From the NCBI GenBank assembly GCA_033442325.1, contig JAWQFM010000002.1, positions 1,351,078-1,415,077 of the forward strand: 64,000 nt of DNA, given 5' to 3'. This DNA comes from Salpingoeca rosetta. Lineage: Eukaryota > Protista > Choanoflagellata. A program made the position numbers and the translations under genes. Shown one piece after another: positions 12,573-28,939 of the stretch (position 1 is the first letter of the stretch; the number at the start of each line of letters is the position of its first letter). The notes beneath the pieces are model-generated. The model was not told the DNA's origin, did not search any database, and saw only the letters and a program-made list of their open reading frames with translations.

Positions 12573-13252
12573 TGACATGAGGCACATCTACCAACGCATT
12601 TGAGCTGCACCACAACAGCGGACTGCTGGTTTGTCGTTCATTCTTTATTGTGATGTTGGCTTCAACCCGATGCTGGGAGGCACACGAGGGCAGGCGGGGC
12701 GACATGGGCAGGCCACACAGACGCGCACAACCCGCACTCGCCACACAAGGCCTGGCCGTCGCCACACCCAACACGCTGTTCTGCTTCTTCTAAACAGGCA
12801 AACACACTGAAACAATTGGGAAAGAGAGGGAAAGAGAGGGCAAGAGGGAAGATCAAAACAATAGCACAAGGACACAAAAAAGAGGGAGGGGGGAAGGAAA
12901 CACAGACACACAGCGCACTCAACAAATATCCCACAGAACAAACGATGCACATGCACACGCATGTGTCACATGAGAAGACGGACATGTCGCTGTTGTCAGG
13001 AAGCAAGAAGAGAGAGAAGTGTGGTTGTTCGAATTTGGCGAGGTCTAACCCCCGATTGTTGTAGGAGAATGGATGTGTATGTGGGGTTGTATGTGTATCG
13101 GATAAAAGGGGGAGATGCATGTGAGGAGACCATAGGGGTAACATCAAAGCAACAAAACACCTGCTGCTAATTGTCATGCCCTGCTCGTCACCAACAGCAA
13201 CATCACCGGCGCGGGAGGCACAGCACATGAGGCTGCGCACGGGTGCTGGTGC

Positions 13253-15695
<2,443 letters not shown>

Positions 15696-15769
15696 GGTGA
15701 AGGAATGCGGCGAAAGATGAAGTGTGAATGAAGGGGCGAAGGGAAATACAGCGGGCGGTTGGTCTGGAG

Positions 15770-15810
<41 letters not shown>

Positions 15811-16161
15811 GACACGGCGCAGGAAGATGGGTGAAAGGCGATGCAGCAGGAGAAGAAACAAGAGGAGGAAGGAGAAGCAGGAAAACCAAACAAACCAGGC
15901 GATGCGGGTGAGATCGATCGATTCAAGTCAGGCAGTGAATCATGTAATGCAGCTGACTGCACAACAGTGTTTCGACACACAGCAGTTCATGTGCAGGTGT
16001 GCGATGTGGCCCACACTCGGGCCGGAAGAATCAAAAAGTAGGCCAAGCACCAGCCACACACATAGAAACACAAACACATCCACACACACATCCACACACA
16101 TACACACACACACACACACGTGCTTAGTGTGCACATGGGAGAGAGTTCTCCCTTCCCCTTT

Positions 16162-16192
<31 letters not shown>

Positions 16193-16823
16193 TTGTGCCA
16201 TACCCTGCTCGCGTCGTCGCTAGCACAGCCACCCCCTCCCACATCTCCCAGCACCCAGACAAAGCAGTGGTTCCTTCTCCACTCGCACTCGCATCTCCAC
16301 ACACCAACCTGGACGAGGGAAAAACGACAACAAAGTGTTTGTTTGGTCAGTGCTGGCGGTGAAAAACTAGGTGGGCAAACCACCCTCAGCACACAACTCA
16401 CGCGACGATTCAGAGAAGATATCAACAAATTTTCTCATCTTTCGCCAACAATCTGCACTCAGGCAAACAACAACAAACAACGACGAAGGACAAGAACCGA
16501 CAAAACGCGAACCGCCAAAAGAGAGAAAGCAGCCAGCAATCACAACAACACATCAACAACAACCGACCGAGCATCGCTGTTGCATTGCACCACCACCTCT
16601 CTCTCTCTCTCTCTCTCGCCCGCGCGCGCGCCATACACACCAGATCGAGTGAGGAAGCAAGCCGGGCAAGGACGCAGATAGCCTTGTGCAGGTGGACAGA
16701 CAACAGCAGCAGCAAGCGTCCTGACTGTTTGTTCTGGGCTGTCGATCCCATCTCCTCACACCAGCGCGAAGCAGGAAACAAGAAACAGCGGACAACCAGA
16801 CAGAGTGAGAGAGACAGGCAAAG

Positions 16824-18512
16824 ATGAAGCTGCTAGAGATACCGGAGCTGGCGACGCTGAGCAGTGAGTGGACGGGGTTGCGCAGCGACTGTCGTCTCAT
16901 CTGCTCAATACAGGCCTTTAGCTGGTGCGTTCGCCTCTGTGTGTGTGTGTGTGGATGGGGTGAAAGGGTGTGGATGTGGGTTAATGTGGATGTGGGTTGA
17001 TGTTGATGTGGGTTGATGTGCATGTAGGTTGATGTGCATGTAGGTTGATGTGCATGTGGATGCACCTTCACTTGCGTCATGCTCTTGTGCGAAGAAACAC
17101 ACACAATACACTGCACACAGAAACACACACACATACACTGCTCATCGCACGCACACATCCACTGCAGCAAGAAGGCTGGGGAGGACAAGAAGCTGTACAA
17201 GCAGTTGGCGGGGGAAGGTGACATGGAGGAGCTGGTGATGCTCGCGCCACCTGGCGTTGTGTCTGCAGCAGTGGGCATGGTTGCTGCGCCCGCTTCATCC
17301 ACGCGATCACAAGATGAGGAAGAGCAAGCATACTGCAGCAAGAAAACGCTCTACTTCTTGAAATCCACCCTCAACGCTGCATACAGCCCAGACTACGACT
17401 TCAGGTCAGTGTGCACGGGGTGTGTGTGTGATAGTGTGTGTGTTTGTGTGTCTACTTATTTGTGTGTTTGTTTATGTGTGTGTACGTGTCGTGTTGTTGC
17501 TGCTGTTGTAATTGGTCGCTGATCAGACTGGCGGCTGGCTAGCCTGCGAGTTCGGTTACTTGCGTTGAGCGTGTGCTTACCTGCGCATGCCATTATCAAA
17601 CAATGCAGCCATGCAAAGGGAGCAGAGTTTGCGTTGGTACCATCTGCGGACGTGGCGAGACAACACATCTCCGGTGCGTGCGCAGCGCGTGTGCTCTCTC
17701 TGTGTCAACACAAACACGCCTTGATGCATGGCGGATTGCTTGGATGTTGTGATCACATGCACGTCCACACTACACATCCTCACACACACACACACACACA
17801 CATCCTCACACGCACACATCCTCACACGCACACATCCTCACACGCACACATCCTCACACACACACACACTCACACTCTTTGTGCTGTTTGCCGCTGCAGC
17901 TGTGCTGTCGCCTGTATTGGGGCGTGCATACACGAGCCGGTCTGGGGAGCTGTGGTCGACACTGGACTCGCTCATCAGCCTGGCGGACTGCGACGTGTTT
18001 CTCTACTGCGGCGACTCCCAGGACGACCCTTTTACGGAGGAGGGCACCACTTGGTCGTTTGCATACCTCTTCTTCAACAAGAAGCTCAAACGCATGATCC
18101 TCTTCACCGCAATCAGCCTCAGGTGTGTGTACATATGCGTGTGTTGTGTGTTTGTATGTTCGTGGGTGTGCTTGTCTGCGTATGTACTTTTTGTGTTTGT
18201 ATTTCTTTGTACTCGTGTTCTTGCGTATCCAGATGTGAGTGAGTGAGCGAGTGAGCGAGTGAGTGAGTGAGTGAGTGAGTGAGTGAGCGAGTGTGTGAGT
18301 GTGTGTGTGTGCTTGTGTGTGCTTGTCGATGTGCCAACCTGGAAGGAAATAACTGCACAACTACGGCCCAACCAAACAACGAAACATGTCTTCTGCCCCC
18401 CCCTGACCACCACCACGGCGATGACCATATCCTCAGCATCTCTGCGCCTCTGCATGAGCTGGAGAACAAGGACGATCTTCCCGAGGACTTGATGTTCCAG
18501 GGATCCACGTGA
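16824..18512 (+). CDS. MAF1: Repressor of RNA polymerase III transcription MAF1, 5 exons (last exon 18437-18512)
   Basis: MKLLEIPEL...IQAFSC|KKAGEDKKLYKQL, SKKTLYFLKSTLNAAYSPDYDF, LWSTLDSLISLADCDVFLY...DDPFTEEGTTWSFAYLFFNKKLKRMILF (Maf1 A, B and C boxes). Confidence 0.95.
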
Positions 18513-18669
18513 GCCGACACTTGCGACCGTGTTGTCATGCATACACGTGCACACACGTCTGTTTGTGGCCATGACGAGTTGCTTCCTTTCACTGACACCT
18601 TCGCCCACACCCACACCCACACCCACACCCACACACCCACGCACGCACACACACACCCACACACACACG

Positions 18670-18746
<77 letters not shown>

Positions 18747-19246
18747 CAATGCGGAGGATGATGATGATACGATGGCCACGGAGTGGTGATGTGTGGCGTC
18801 CGTTGTCCCACATTGCGCCTTCTTGTTCTCCTTCCCCCTGCTCTTGTGTCTTGATTGTGTACATTGATCCTTTGACCCCAACACCCCCGCCCCCTCTCTT
18901 CCGCGCTGGTGCACAGACAGACGTGCAAGCGTGATTGCCTTCTCTCCTGCTTGTGTTCACCCTCCTTTCCTTGTGTCGTTCCCTCTTCGCTGCGATGTCC
19001 GATATCACATGACACCACCCCCTGCCTGTTCTCTCCTATTACCAAGTCCACGCTGTTCTCTCTTCGTCTGCCCCTCGTGTTAGCTTGTGCCGTGACTGTT
19101 GGCGCCGCCGTGTTGCCGGTGCTGTCCACGTTAGCTCCTCCCTCTCCGCGTGTTTGCATGTGCATAGAATAATAAAACACCGTGATCCGCACGGGCTTGA
19201 TGTAGTGGGTAGGAGAGGGGGTGAAACGGGAAGGCATTTGGGGACG

Positions 19247-19278
<32 letters not shown>

Positions 19279-19447
19279 GAGCAAATGGAGTAGCAACAAG
19301 GCACGGACAGACAGACAGACAGACAGACAGACACTGCGGAGAACGATGCGCTTGATGGCACCGGAGAGAACAGCTCTCATTCGAAGACATGAGCACAAGC
19401 GACGCAACATCATAACTCGCACACACGAGCGCATAAGCATACAAGAG

Positions 19448-20436
<989 letters not shown>

Positions 20437-20564
20437 CTTCGCCTTGTTCGCTTCGTTTGTGTGTTGTGCACGTGTGTGTGTGTTTTTGAGGAAAGCGGAC
20501 ACGCAAACAACACAACACTCACAACGCACACACGACGCACACACGAGGTCACCGACGCAAGACG
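20437..20564. promoter_or_regulatory. Putative bidirectional promoter between the AROS-like and F-box/JmjC genes
   Basis: Divergent ATGs only 128 bp apart. Confidence 0.5.
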
Positions 20565-21534
20565 ATGATGCAGAGTGCTGGCGGTGGTGGTGGTGGTGGT
20601 GGTGGACGGCGTGGGTGGCACAAACGCGGGCTGGCGAGGCAGCCTGAGCCGTGCGGTATCGTGGAGTCGTCACCGCCCCACGGGATCAAGCCGCTCGGCG
20701 CCGCCTTTTTGTCGGCCCGCAACCATGTCCAAGACCGAAATGAGTCGCTGGGCGACTTTGCCATCTTCGGGGACGAGGAGCTGCTGCTCGTGCTCGAGTA
20801 CCTGCACCCACGCGACCTCTGCAAACTGGCGTGCGTCAGCCGCTACCTGCGCGCGTTTGCCTCCCACGATGAGCTGTGGCAAGCACACTGCGAGCAGCTG
20901 TTCCAGGCGCGGCCCTTCTCATACGCCACCAACTGGAAGACATCGTACATGCGCGCTTGTGCGCGTGGTGGCTGCGACGAGGTGAGCCAGGGCGCGTGCC
21001 ACGACAGCACCAGCACTGACAGCAGTGGGAGCCAACCACCACAGCAATCAGCACAGCCAGAGCATCACCAGCAAGGCCAGGAGCAAGATGAGGAGCAGGA
21101 GCAGGAGGGCCATGCTACTGATTTGGCTGTGTATTCGGATTACTTGTACAGCAGCTGGTTCTATGCCGCGGCGTGCATCGACCCTTCGTGGCTCGAGGAA
21201 GAGACCATGCCACGGATCGAGCTGTCCCCGGCAGAGTTCCAAGCGCAGTATGAGAGCAAGCAGAAGCCCGTCATCCTCAAAGGCCTGGCCAAGTCCTGGC
21301 CCGCGTTTAAGCTATGGCCTGACGGTGGCATCAAGAGCGTGTGCCCCAAGAACACGCTCTTCAAGGCCGGGACCTTCAATGTGACGTTGGACGCCTTTGA
21401 CACATACTCGCCACACCAGTGTGACCAACGTCCACTCTACATCTTCGACAAGCACTTTGCAGACAAGTGCCCTCAGCTCGGCCAACAATACTCGTGCGTG
21501 TATCTTTCTGTGCATGCGAGTGAATGTGAAAGTG

Positions 21535-21565
<31 letters not shown>

Positions 21566-22877
21566 CTTCAAGTGCCTGTAGTCGTAGATGAGGTGAACTA
21601 ATGCCTTCACACGCAATAGCGCGCACACACATGCACAATATCACATCCTTTTACACACACACACACACACTGACACATGCAACAGCACACACACATACAC
21701 ACACACACACACGAACACTCTATCTCACACTGACATGCACTTACGCCTTGCCGTTCCGTTGCAGGGTGCCTGAGCACTTCAGCACGGACTTGTTCTCCAG
21801 CATCGAGGGAGCAAACAGGCCAAACTACCGCTGGCTCATTGTTGGGCCCGCGAAAAGCGGAAGCACATGGCACAAGGACCCAAACTCCACCGCTGCATGG
21901 AACGCTCTCGTTGAGGGTGAGAAGCGATGGATCATGACGCCACCAAACTACCCGCCCCCGGGTGTCTACCCAAGGTTGTGGATGTGTTCATGTGTGTGTG
22001 TGTGTGTTCATGTGTGTGAGTGTGCGTTCATGTGTGTGAGTGTGCGTTCATGTGTGTGTGTGTGTGTGTGCGTGTTCATATGTGTGTGTGCGTGCATGTG
22101 CGTGTTCATATATGTGTGCGTGTGCGTGCGTTCATGCATGTGCGGGCATGCACGCTGGTTTCCCTGCCGTACCGCGAGTTTATCAGTTCACGCTCAACTC
22201 ACTCCTTCCTCCAATTGCCAACTCCCCTGTTTGTCGTAGTCCCGACGGCTCTGCTGTTGCCACGCCCATCTCCGTCACCGAGTGGTTCATTTCATATTAC
22301 GAGGTGCAGCCCACGTGCTGTGTGTGCTCTGTGTGTGCTCTGTGTGTGCTGTGTGTGCTGTGTGTGCTGTGTGTGCTGTGTGTGCTGTGTGTGCTGTGTG
22401 TGCACTCACTGATGTTTGAGACTGCGTGATGTGACGACATCACGCTGCATATGGGCCATGGCTTGTTCCTTCCGGTGTCGAAGCGTGGGGTTGCGCCACT
22501 GTGGGTGTTGATTCATCCATCCCACACATCATCCACCCGTCATCACGATGTCATCATCGTCACACCCCCAACGCCACTCATATCAGCATCCCCAATTCGC
22601 TCCAATCGGCACCATTGCCTGCAGGCATTGCAGCAGAGCGGCATCCCGTATGTGGAGGGCACGCAGCGGCCCGGTGACGTTGTGTTTGTGCCGCACGGCT
22701 GGTGGCACGTGGTGCTCAACACAAAACCGTCCATAGCAGTCACGCAGAACTACGCGGGCGCCCCCAACCTATTTGCTGTCCTTCGATTCATAGGAACGAA
22801 ACCGGACCAAGTCTCCGGCGTCGCCCAAGGTGCGCGCTTTGTGTGTGTGCGTGCGCTGTGTGCGTGTGTGCGTGCGC

Positions 22878-22965
<88 letters not shown>

Positions 22966-23225
22966 CGTGTCTGCCTCAATGCGAGTTGGCCGTGCGTCAT
23001 CAACACCATCGTTGCCTACGTCTGTCCCTCACGCCCGGCGCCCTTCGCTTCAGATGTGAACCTGTACGAGGAGCTGGTGCACGGTCTCAGGCAGCACCAC
23101 CCCGAGATGATGGCTGTTGTGCAAAGAGAACTGGACACCCGCAAGCGAACGCACAAGCGCGCACACGGCAGTCGACGGCGTGTTGCTGATGGCAACGACA
23201 CCATTGGCGGCACTCGTCGTGATAG

Positions 23226-23256
<31 letters not shown>

Positions 23257-23352
23257 GCTGATGATGGTGATGAGGAGCATGATGGGCTTGCGAGGAAAAA
23301 GCCAAAGGGTCCCAGCGTTGTGAAGCCGTTCAGCTTCAACTTTGCATCCTGA
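20565..23352 (+). CDS. F-box + JmjC domain protein (JMJD6 clade, Arabidopsis JMJ22-type), 5 exons
   Basis: HGIKPLG...[20 protein letters not shown]...[18 protein letters not shown] (F-box), [59 protein letters not shown]...AVTQNY. The HxD...H iron triad is intact. Confidence 0.92.
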
Positions 23353-23965
23353 TGCCATGGTGCGTGGTTGTTTTGTGCAGTAAACAAGAGTTTGCATGGG
23401 ACCTTGTGACAGAACCGAAGTCGTGTGCACGTTTACGTGTGTGTTGTGTGTGTGTGATTGTTGTGTGCATGTTGTGTGTTGCGCGCGCGTGTGTGCTTTG
23501 TTTCAGGGGTTTGTGTGGTGGGTTGTGTGTGCATGTGTGTGTTTTGTTGTTGTGGAGAGAAGATCGGGCCTTTTAGTGTGAGAGAAGCACAAGGGGGAAC
23601 CAAGGGCATGCATGAAGGCGAGCGGATGCTGAAGCTACCCTGAGAACTAAGAGAGCGGGCCCATGTTCAGTTGTGGATGCGACACACACACACGCATGCG
23701 AATGCAACGCTTTCGAGCATTTGCAACCACAGCAGGAACATGGAAGAGTATGCACATGGTGTTCATACAGAGGTTGAGAGTCACCAAAATAAGAAAGACT
23801 CGCACACATACACACACACACACCCGCACATATGCCTCCACATTGACACACACACACACACACATACACACACAAAACAGCGTACACAGGCCAACACGTG
23901 TGCATCATCGAGATGAATCAAAATCTAAAGAGCGCAAACAAGAAGGAGAGACACAAGCCAGCGTG

Positions 23966-24637
23966 TCAAACAACGCTCACGCGGGCGTTGCGCGGGTTGG
24001 GAGACGCGGCGAGACGCTGTGTTGATTTGGAGTGCTGCAGCTGAGTGTCGCTGTTGGCTGTGGCCGACGCGTGAATCTCCACGTCATCAGCGGTGGACGC
24101 TGCGTCCGACACAGCCCTGCTGATGGTGATTTGGTCCTCCAGCGACAGCGAGCGAAACACGGCCTCAAAGTCCTGGGCCTCCGCATTCAAGTGTTGGCGA
24201 TACCACTCGAGACGCGCCTGGCCGTGGGCGCATATGTGTGCGTGTGCGTGTGTGAGTCAGGGTAACCATGAGAACAAGTGGGCTACTTCGAGACAGTGAA
24301 ACAAAAATACAACCGAGCTAAGATGACGTGGCGAGCTGTCACTCGCACACGTGCACACGTGCACACGTACACGCGCACACACGTACACGCACAGACACGT
24401 GCACACGTACACACGCAGACACGCGCAGACACGTACACACGCAGACACGCACCTGCATTCGGCTGGTGGTGAAGATGGACTTGAAGTGCGAAATGTATTC
24501 ACACACGACCTGGACCACAGCAGCGTCACCCTGCAACGCCGGAGAACAACAGCAAGCGATAGATTGGGCAGGAGGCGTATTGGAGCGGCCCGACGGGGGA
24601 GGGGGTCAGAAGCAGCAGAACAAAACACAGTCCCCCG

Positions 24638-24702
<65 letters not shown>

Positions 24703-25291
24703 CACGTGTTACGGGTTGCTACCTGGTCCTCTTCCTCCCAGGAGTCCCAATCGCTTTCGTCGTCGTCGGCGGTTGCGCCGCTGGCGTTTGCAAATCCGCG
24801 ACCGCTGTGCTCGAGACTCTGCGCAACGCTCTTCTCGTCGTCTTTGGGGGAGAGGGAGAGGAGGGGAGGGGGGTAAAGTGTGAAGGACGGAGAGATTGAG
24901 CGGATAGCGATTAGAAAGGGGGCGGGGGGGGGAGACATGGAAGAGAACAGCGAAGAACAGCGAGCAAACGTGCAACAAACCAAAACAAACCAAAACAAAC
25001 CAAACCAAAACAACCCACAGTGGTACCCACCAGAGTCGCCGTCGCTGTGGATGGAGAGGTCGAGGGAGGCCGCGCCCGTGACGGCATCGAGATGCGGCGG
25101 CTGCTGTGCTGGAGGCGGGGCGGCCGGCTGGTTCTGCAAGCACATGTGCGAATGGCGCGCACCATGACGTGAGGTGATATGTCTTGTTAGGCAAATGATG
25201 TCACGCGCTTGGGCACGAATGAGCGAACGAGACAGCCACACATACACAGACACAGACACAGACACAGACACAGACACAGACACACAGACAG

Positions 25292-25323
<32 letters not shown>

Positions 25324-25925
25324 ACAGACACACACAAACTACATGCCAATCGAGGAATTCACGCACCTTGCGCAATTTCTCGGCGAGGACCTGAAGATAG
25401 GACTTGAGATGGAGGGTGGACGCGGTGGCAACGAAGAGCGTACGCACTACATCCAGCACACGGCGCAGCAGAGAAATGTCGCACTCCTGCCAACCGTCCA
25501 CCGACACCGACAGATAACCACCAACATCACCAGCATACAAGCAGTCAGCATGCAAGCAAGGGGGTGTGTATGTGGGTGCTGTCTCGCCTCAGTAGAACCA
25601 GCCAACAGCAGCAGCCCAGATGGAAGCAACAACAAGCGCAGCACATATGTGCAGTTGTCACTGCGACAGCTTGGCGCGCACCTCTGATTGAATGACGTTG
25701 AGAAAGTGCTGGAAAGCGCTTGGTGCGACGAGCGAGAAGAGCACGCGCTGAAGATCGGCCGGCGGCTGCTGCGCTGACGGCGTCTTGCACCGGCTGTGTT
25801 GTACGTGTGTGTGTGTGTGTGAGTGAGTGCGTGTGTGTGTGAGTGAGTGGATGAGAGAGAGAGTGGTGTGTGTGTGAGTGAGTGAGCGAGTGTGTGTGTG
25901 TGTGTGTGTGTGTGAGTGAGTGAGC

Positions 25926-25967
<42 letters not shown>

Positions 25968-27117
25968 ATGATCGATGGCACACAAGGTGCCATGCATTTG
26001 CAAACACAACTGGCATCACGACATTGCCCCATCCACACACAGCACTCACATGACGGTGTCCACGTCAATGACGGTGACTCTGGACGAGTGGTGTTGCGGC
26101 GATGCACGCTCGTATCTGCACGGCAGAACATACCAGTCACCGAGTGAGTCTCACCCGCAAGTGCCTTGGTTCTGCTTGCACATGCAGTCGCATGACCCAT
26201 GCCAGTATTCACACACACACACACATGCGCACGAGGACCGCACTTGAGTTCTCCGCGGGCGTCGACAGCGAACCAGTGCGCATATCCAAGACGATCAATG
26301 CAACGGTGAATGGCTTCCAAGATGTTCTGGTGAAACAGCAATGCCACAGCACACGCGCACAGTCACAACAAGTAGAGGTGAGGAAGAGGACCAATAGCAC
26401 ACGTGACCCTCGAGGCAACAATTGCCTCCAGAGGCATCATCACATTGACCCACCACCACCACCACCATCGCCATCACGGCCACACCTTGACGATGTCTTC
26501 GTCGGCCTGCACGAGCGGGATTGTGCGCGCCAGAATCGGCAGCAGCGACATGGCGGCCTCCAGCGAGCACACGTCTGCAAAGTCGCTCTGCCCGCAGCAG
26601 GGGAGGGGTGATGGCCGTTTGTGATTGGTGTTGCATGGGAGTGCAGTGACGTGAAGGTATGGGAGGGAAGCGAATGCGTTTGTGTGTAAATATGAAGGTG
26701 TGAGCGAAACGGATGACGTGTAAATTGCAGATGGACACACAAGAACCGCCAAGACAAATGTGAGCATGCGTTGTAGTGCATGAATGACGGCACATCAGGA
26801 AGAGGACGTACGAGGATGGCGTGCAGCTGCTCGACGGTGTTCTTGAGTGCGAGCTTGAAGACAACAGCATCCGGTACCTGCCGCGTTGACGCCATATGGC
26901 TGAAGAAGGGAACACGAGGGAAGAGGGTGGGGCAAGGAAACAGGAGGGGCGACAAGAAAGGAGGTGAAGGCGCAAAGACAGTACATGTGAGAAACACAAG
27001 GAAGCGGCTCGGAACAAGCAAGGCAAGCAACGCTGACATGCGTGTTCACACGCGCAACACACACACACACATACACACACATACACACACGCGCACACAC
27101 ACACACGTCACACGCGC

Positions 27118-27164
<47 letters not shown>

Positions 27165-27680
27165 GCGCGCGCGCAACACATACACACCCGAGGAACGCAG
27201 CCCTGTCAATGTGGTCCGGCTGTGCGTCGTCTTTGGGAACGGCATCACACTTGTTCTTCGCACACACGGACTGCAGCTGGCGAGCAACTTTTGCCAGCAG
27301 GCCGCTGTTGGGGTATGCGCGCTTGCCGAGCCGAACAAGCCGCGAGACAACAGCAAGCTCAACTGCTTGCACGTTGGGCAGCTGCGGCCGGAACGACGTA
27401 CATGTGAGCAGGCAGATGTCCAAACACACGATCATAGTGGCGTCCACACGTGGGACGGAGCAGGCGCGCGCGACAAACAGCGGGCTGAGCCACGTGACGT
27501 GCGGCTCAACAAACGAAATCATCTGCCCGCACGCCCGCTGGCAATTCTGGGTTGGCGATGCCGCTGTTGAGTCGAAATCAAGCATCATGGTGGTGGTGGT
27601 AGTCCGCGTGAGCGATGGGTGAAGTGTTGCAAGTGCGTTGCTTCAAGGTACGTGAGTGACGTGGACCTGCAAGCATGACA

Positions 27681-27738
<58 letters not shown>

Positions 27739-27739
27739 G

Positions 27740-27773
<34 letters not shown>

Positions 27774-28904
27774 ACCATGCACCTGTGTTCACGATCGCAC
27801 GTATGGCATGCAAAGTATCAACAGCGTACGCGTAACACGTACAGAGGGCGGAGGTGGAGACAAACGACTTGAGCCAGGCCGCATGTGCGACGCTCTGCTT
27901 GAACGACAGCGCAACAACGTGTGCCGCCCACGACACATCTGTCGGGTTAAATGCCAGCCACAGGTCATGGAGAGTTGTTGGGTCAAACCACCGCATGACC
28001 TCTGTCAGCAGTGGCAGCACCGCCTTTGCCATGCGTTGCAGTTCAAACTGCTGTGACGAAAAGCTCTCCACCACCTGCAGCGTCATGCCAAGCAGCACCA
28101 GCGACAGCGGCTCAAACCGCGACGTGTCTGCCCACGCCGGCATCTCGCCCTCGTGCGGCGTCTGGTCAACGACCTGCCCAACAACCCGCAGTGCCATTGG
28201 CGTCGCCCCCACGCTGAACGACTTTGAGCGGCTCAGCCGTCGCGGTACGGGGCTGCTTGGCTCCGGCGCGGTCTGCGGGGCGAGAGGGTTGCGGACAGTT
28301 GAAGCGGCAGGCGCACGGGCTGCGTGTCCGTGTTGCAACTTGTACAGCGGATGTGTCGACGGGCCGGTGGCGGTGGGTGTTGCTGCCGTTGGCGTCGTTG
28401 TGGGGTCGCGTGAAGGTGCTGTGGTTGCATGCTGGTGTGTCAGTGATCCCTCCGCGTCATGATCTTCATCATCACCATCATCACCATCACCATCATTATC
28501 ATCGTCGTCGTCGTCAAACGTGAGAATGTCCGGCTTGCTTGCCCTTTGAAACTGCTGCGTCAATTCGACCATGGCGCCGCGACATTCACGCGAGGAGATG
28601 CCCCACAGCGGCGAGCGCGCGAGACGAACACACAGCGGGCCCGCAGCGGGCGGCGCCACATCTGTGTCCAGAAGGTCAAGGTCTGCCAGGTGCGACAGCA
28701 GCGAGCCCGTATGTGCGAGCGTGGCACCTGGCGTGGTGGAGAGCGTGCGCGTCAGGCGGTGCACTCGGATCTGCTGGTACGTCGTGAACCTAGTTGTACA
28801 ATGGGGTGGACGGGGGAAGGAAGAGTTGTGAGTTATGTGTGTGTGTGTGTGAGAAAGAGAGCGTGCGTGCGTGCGTGCGTGTGTGTGTGTGTGTGTGTGC
28901 GTGC

Positions 28905-28939
<35 letters not shown>

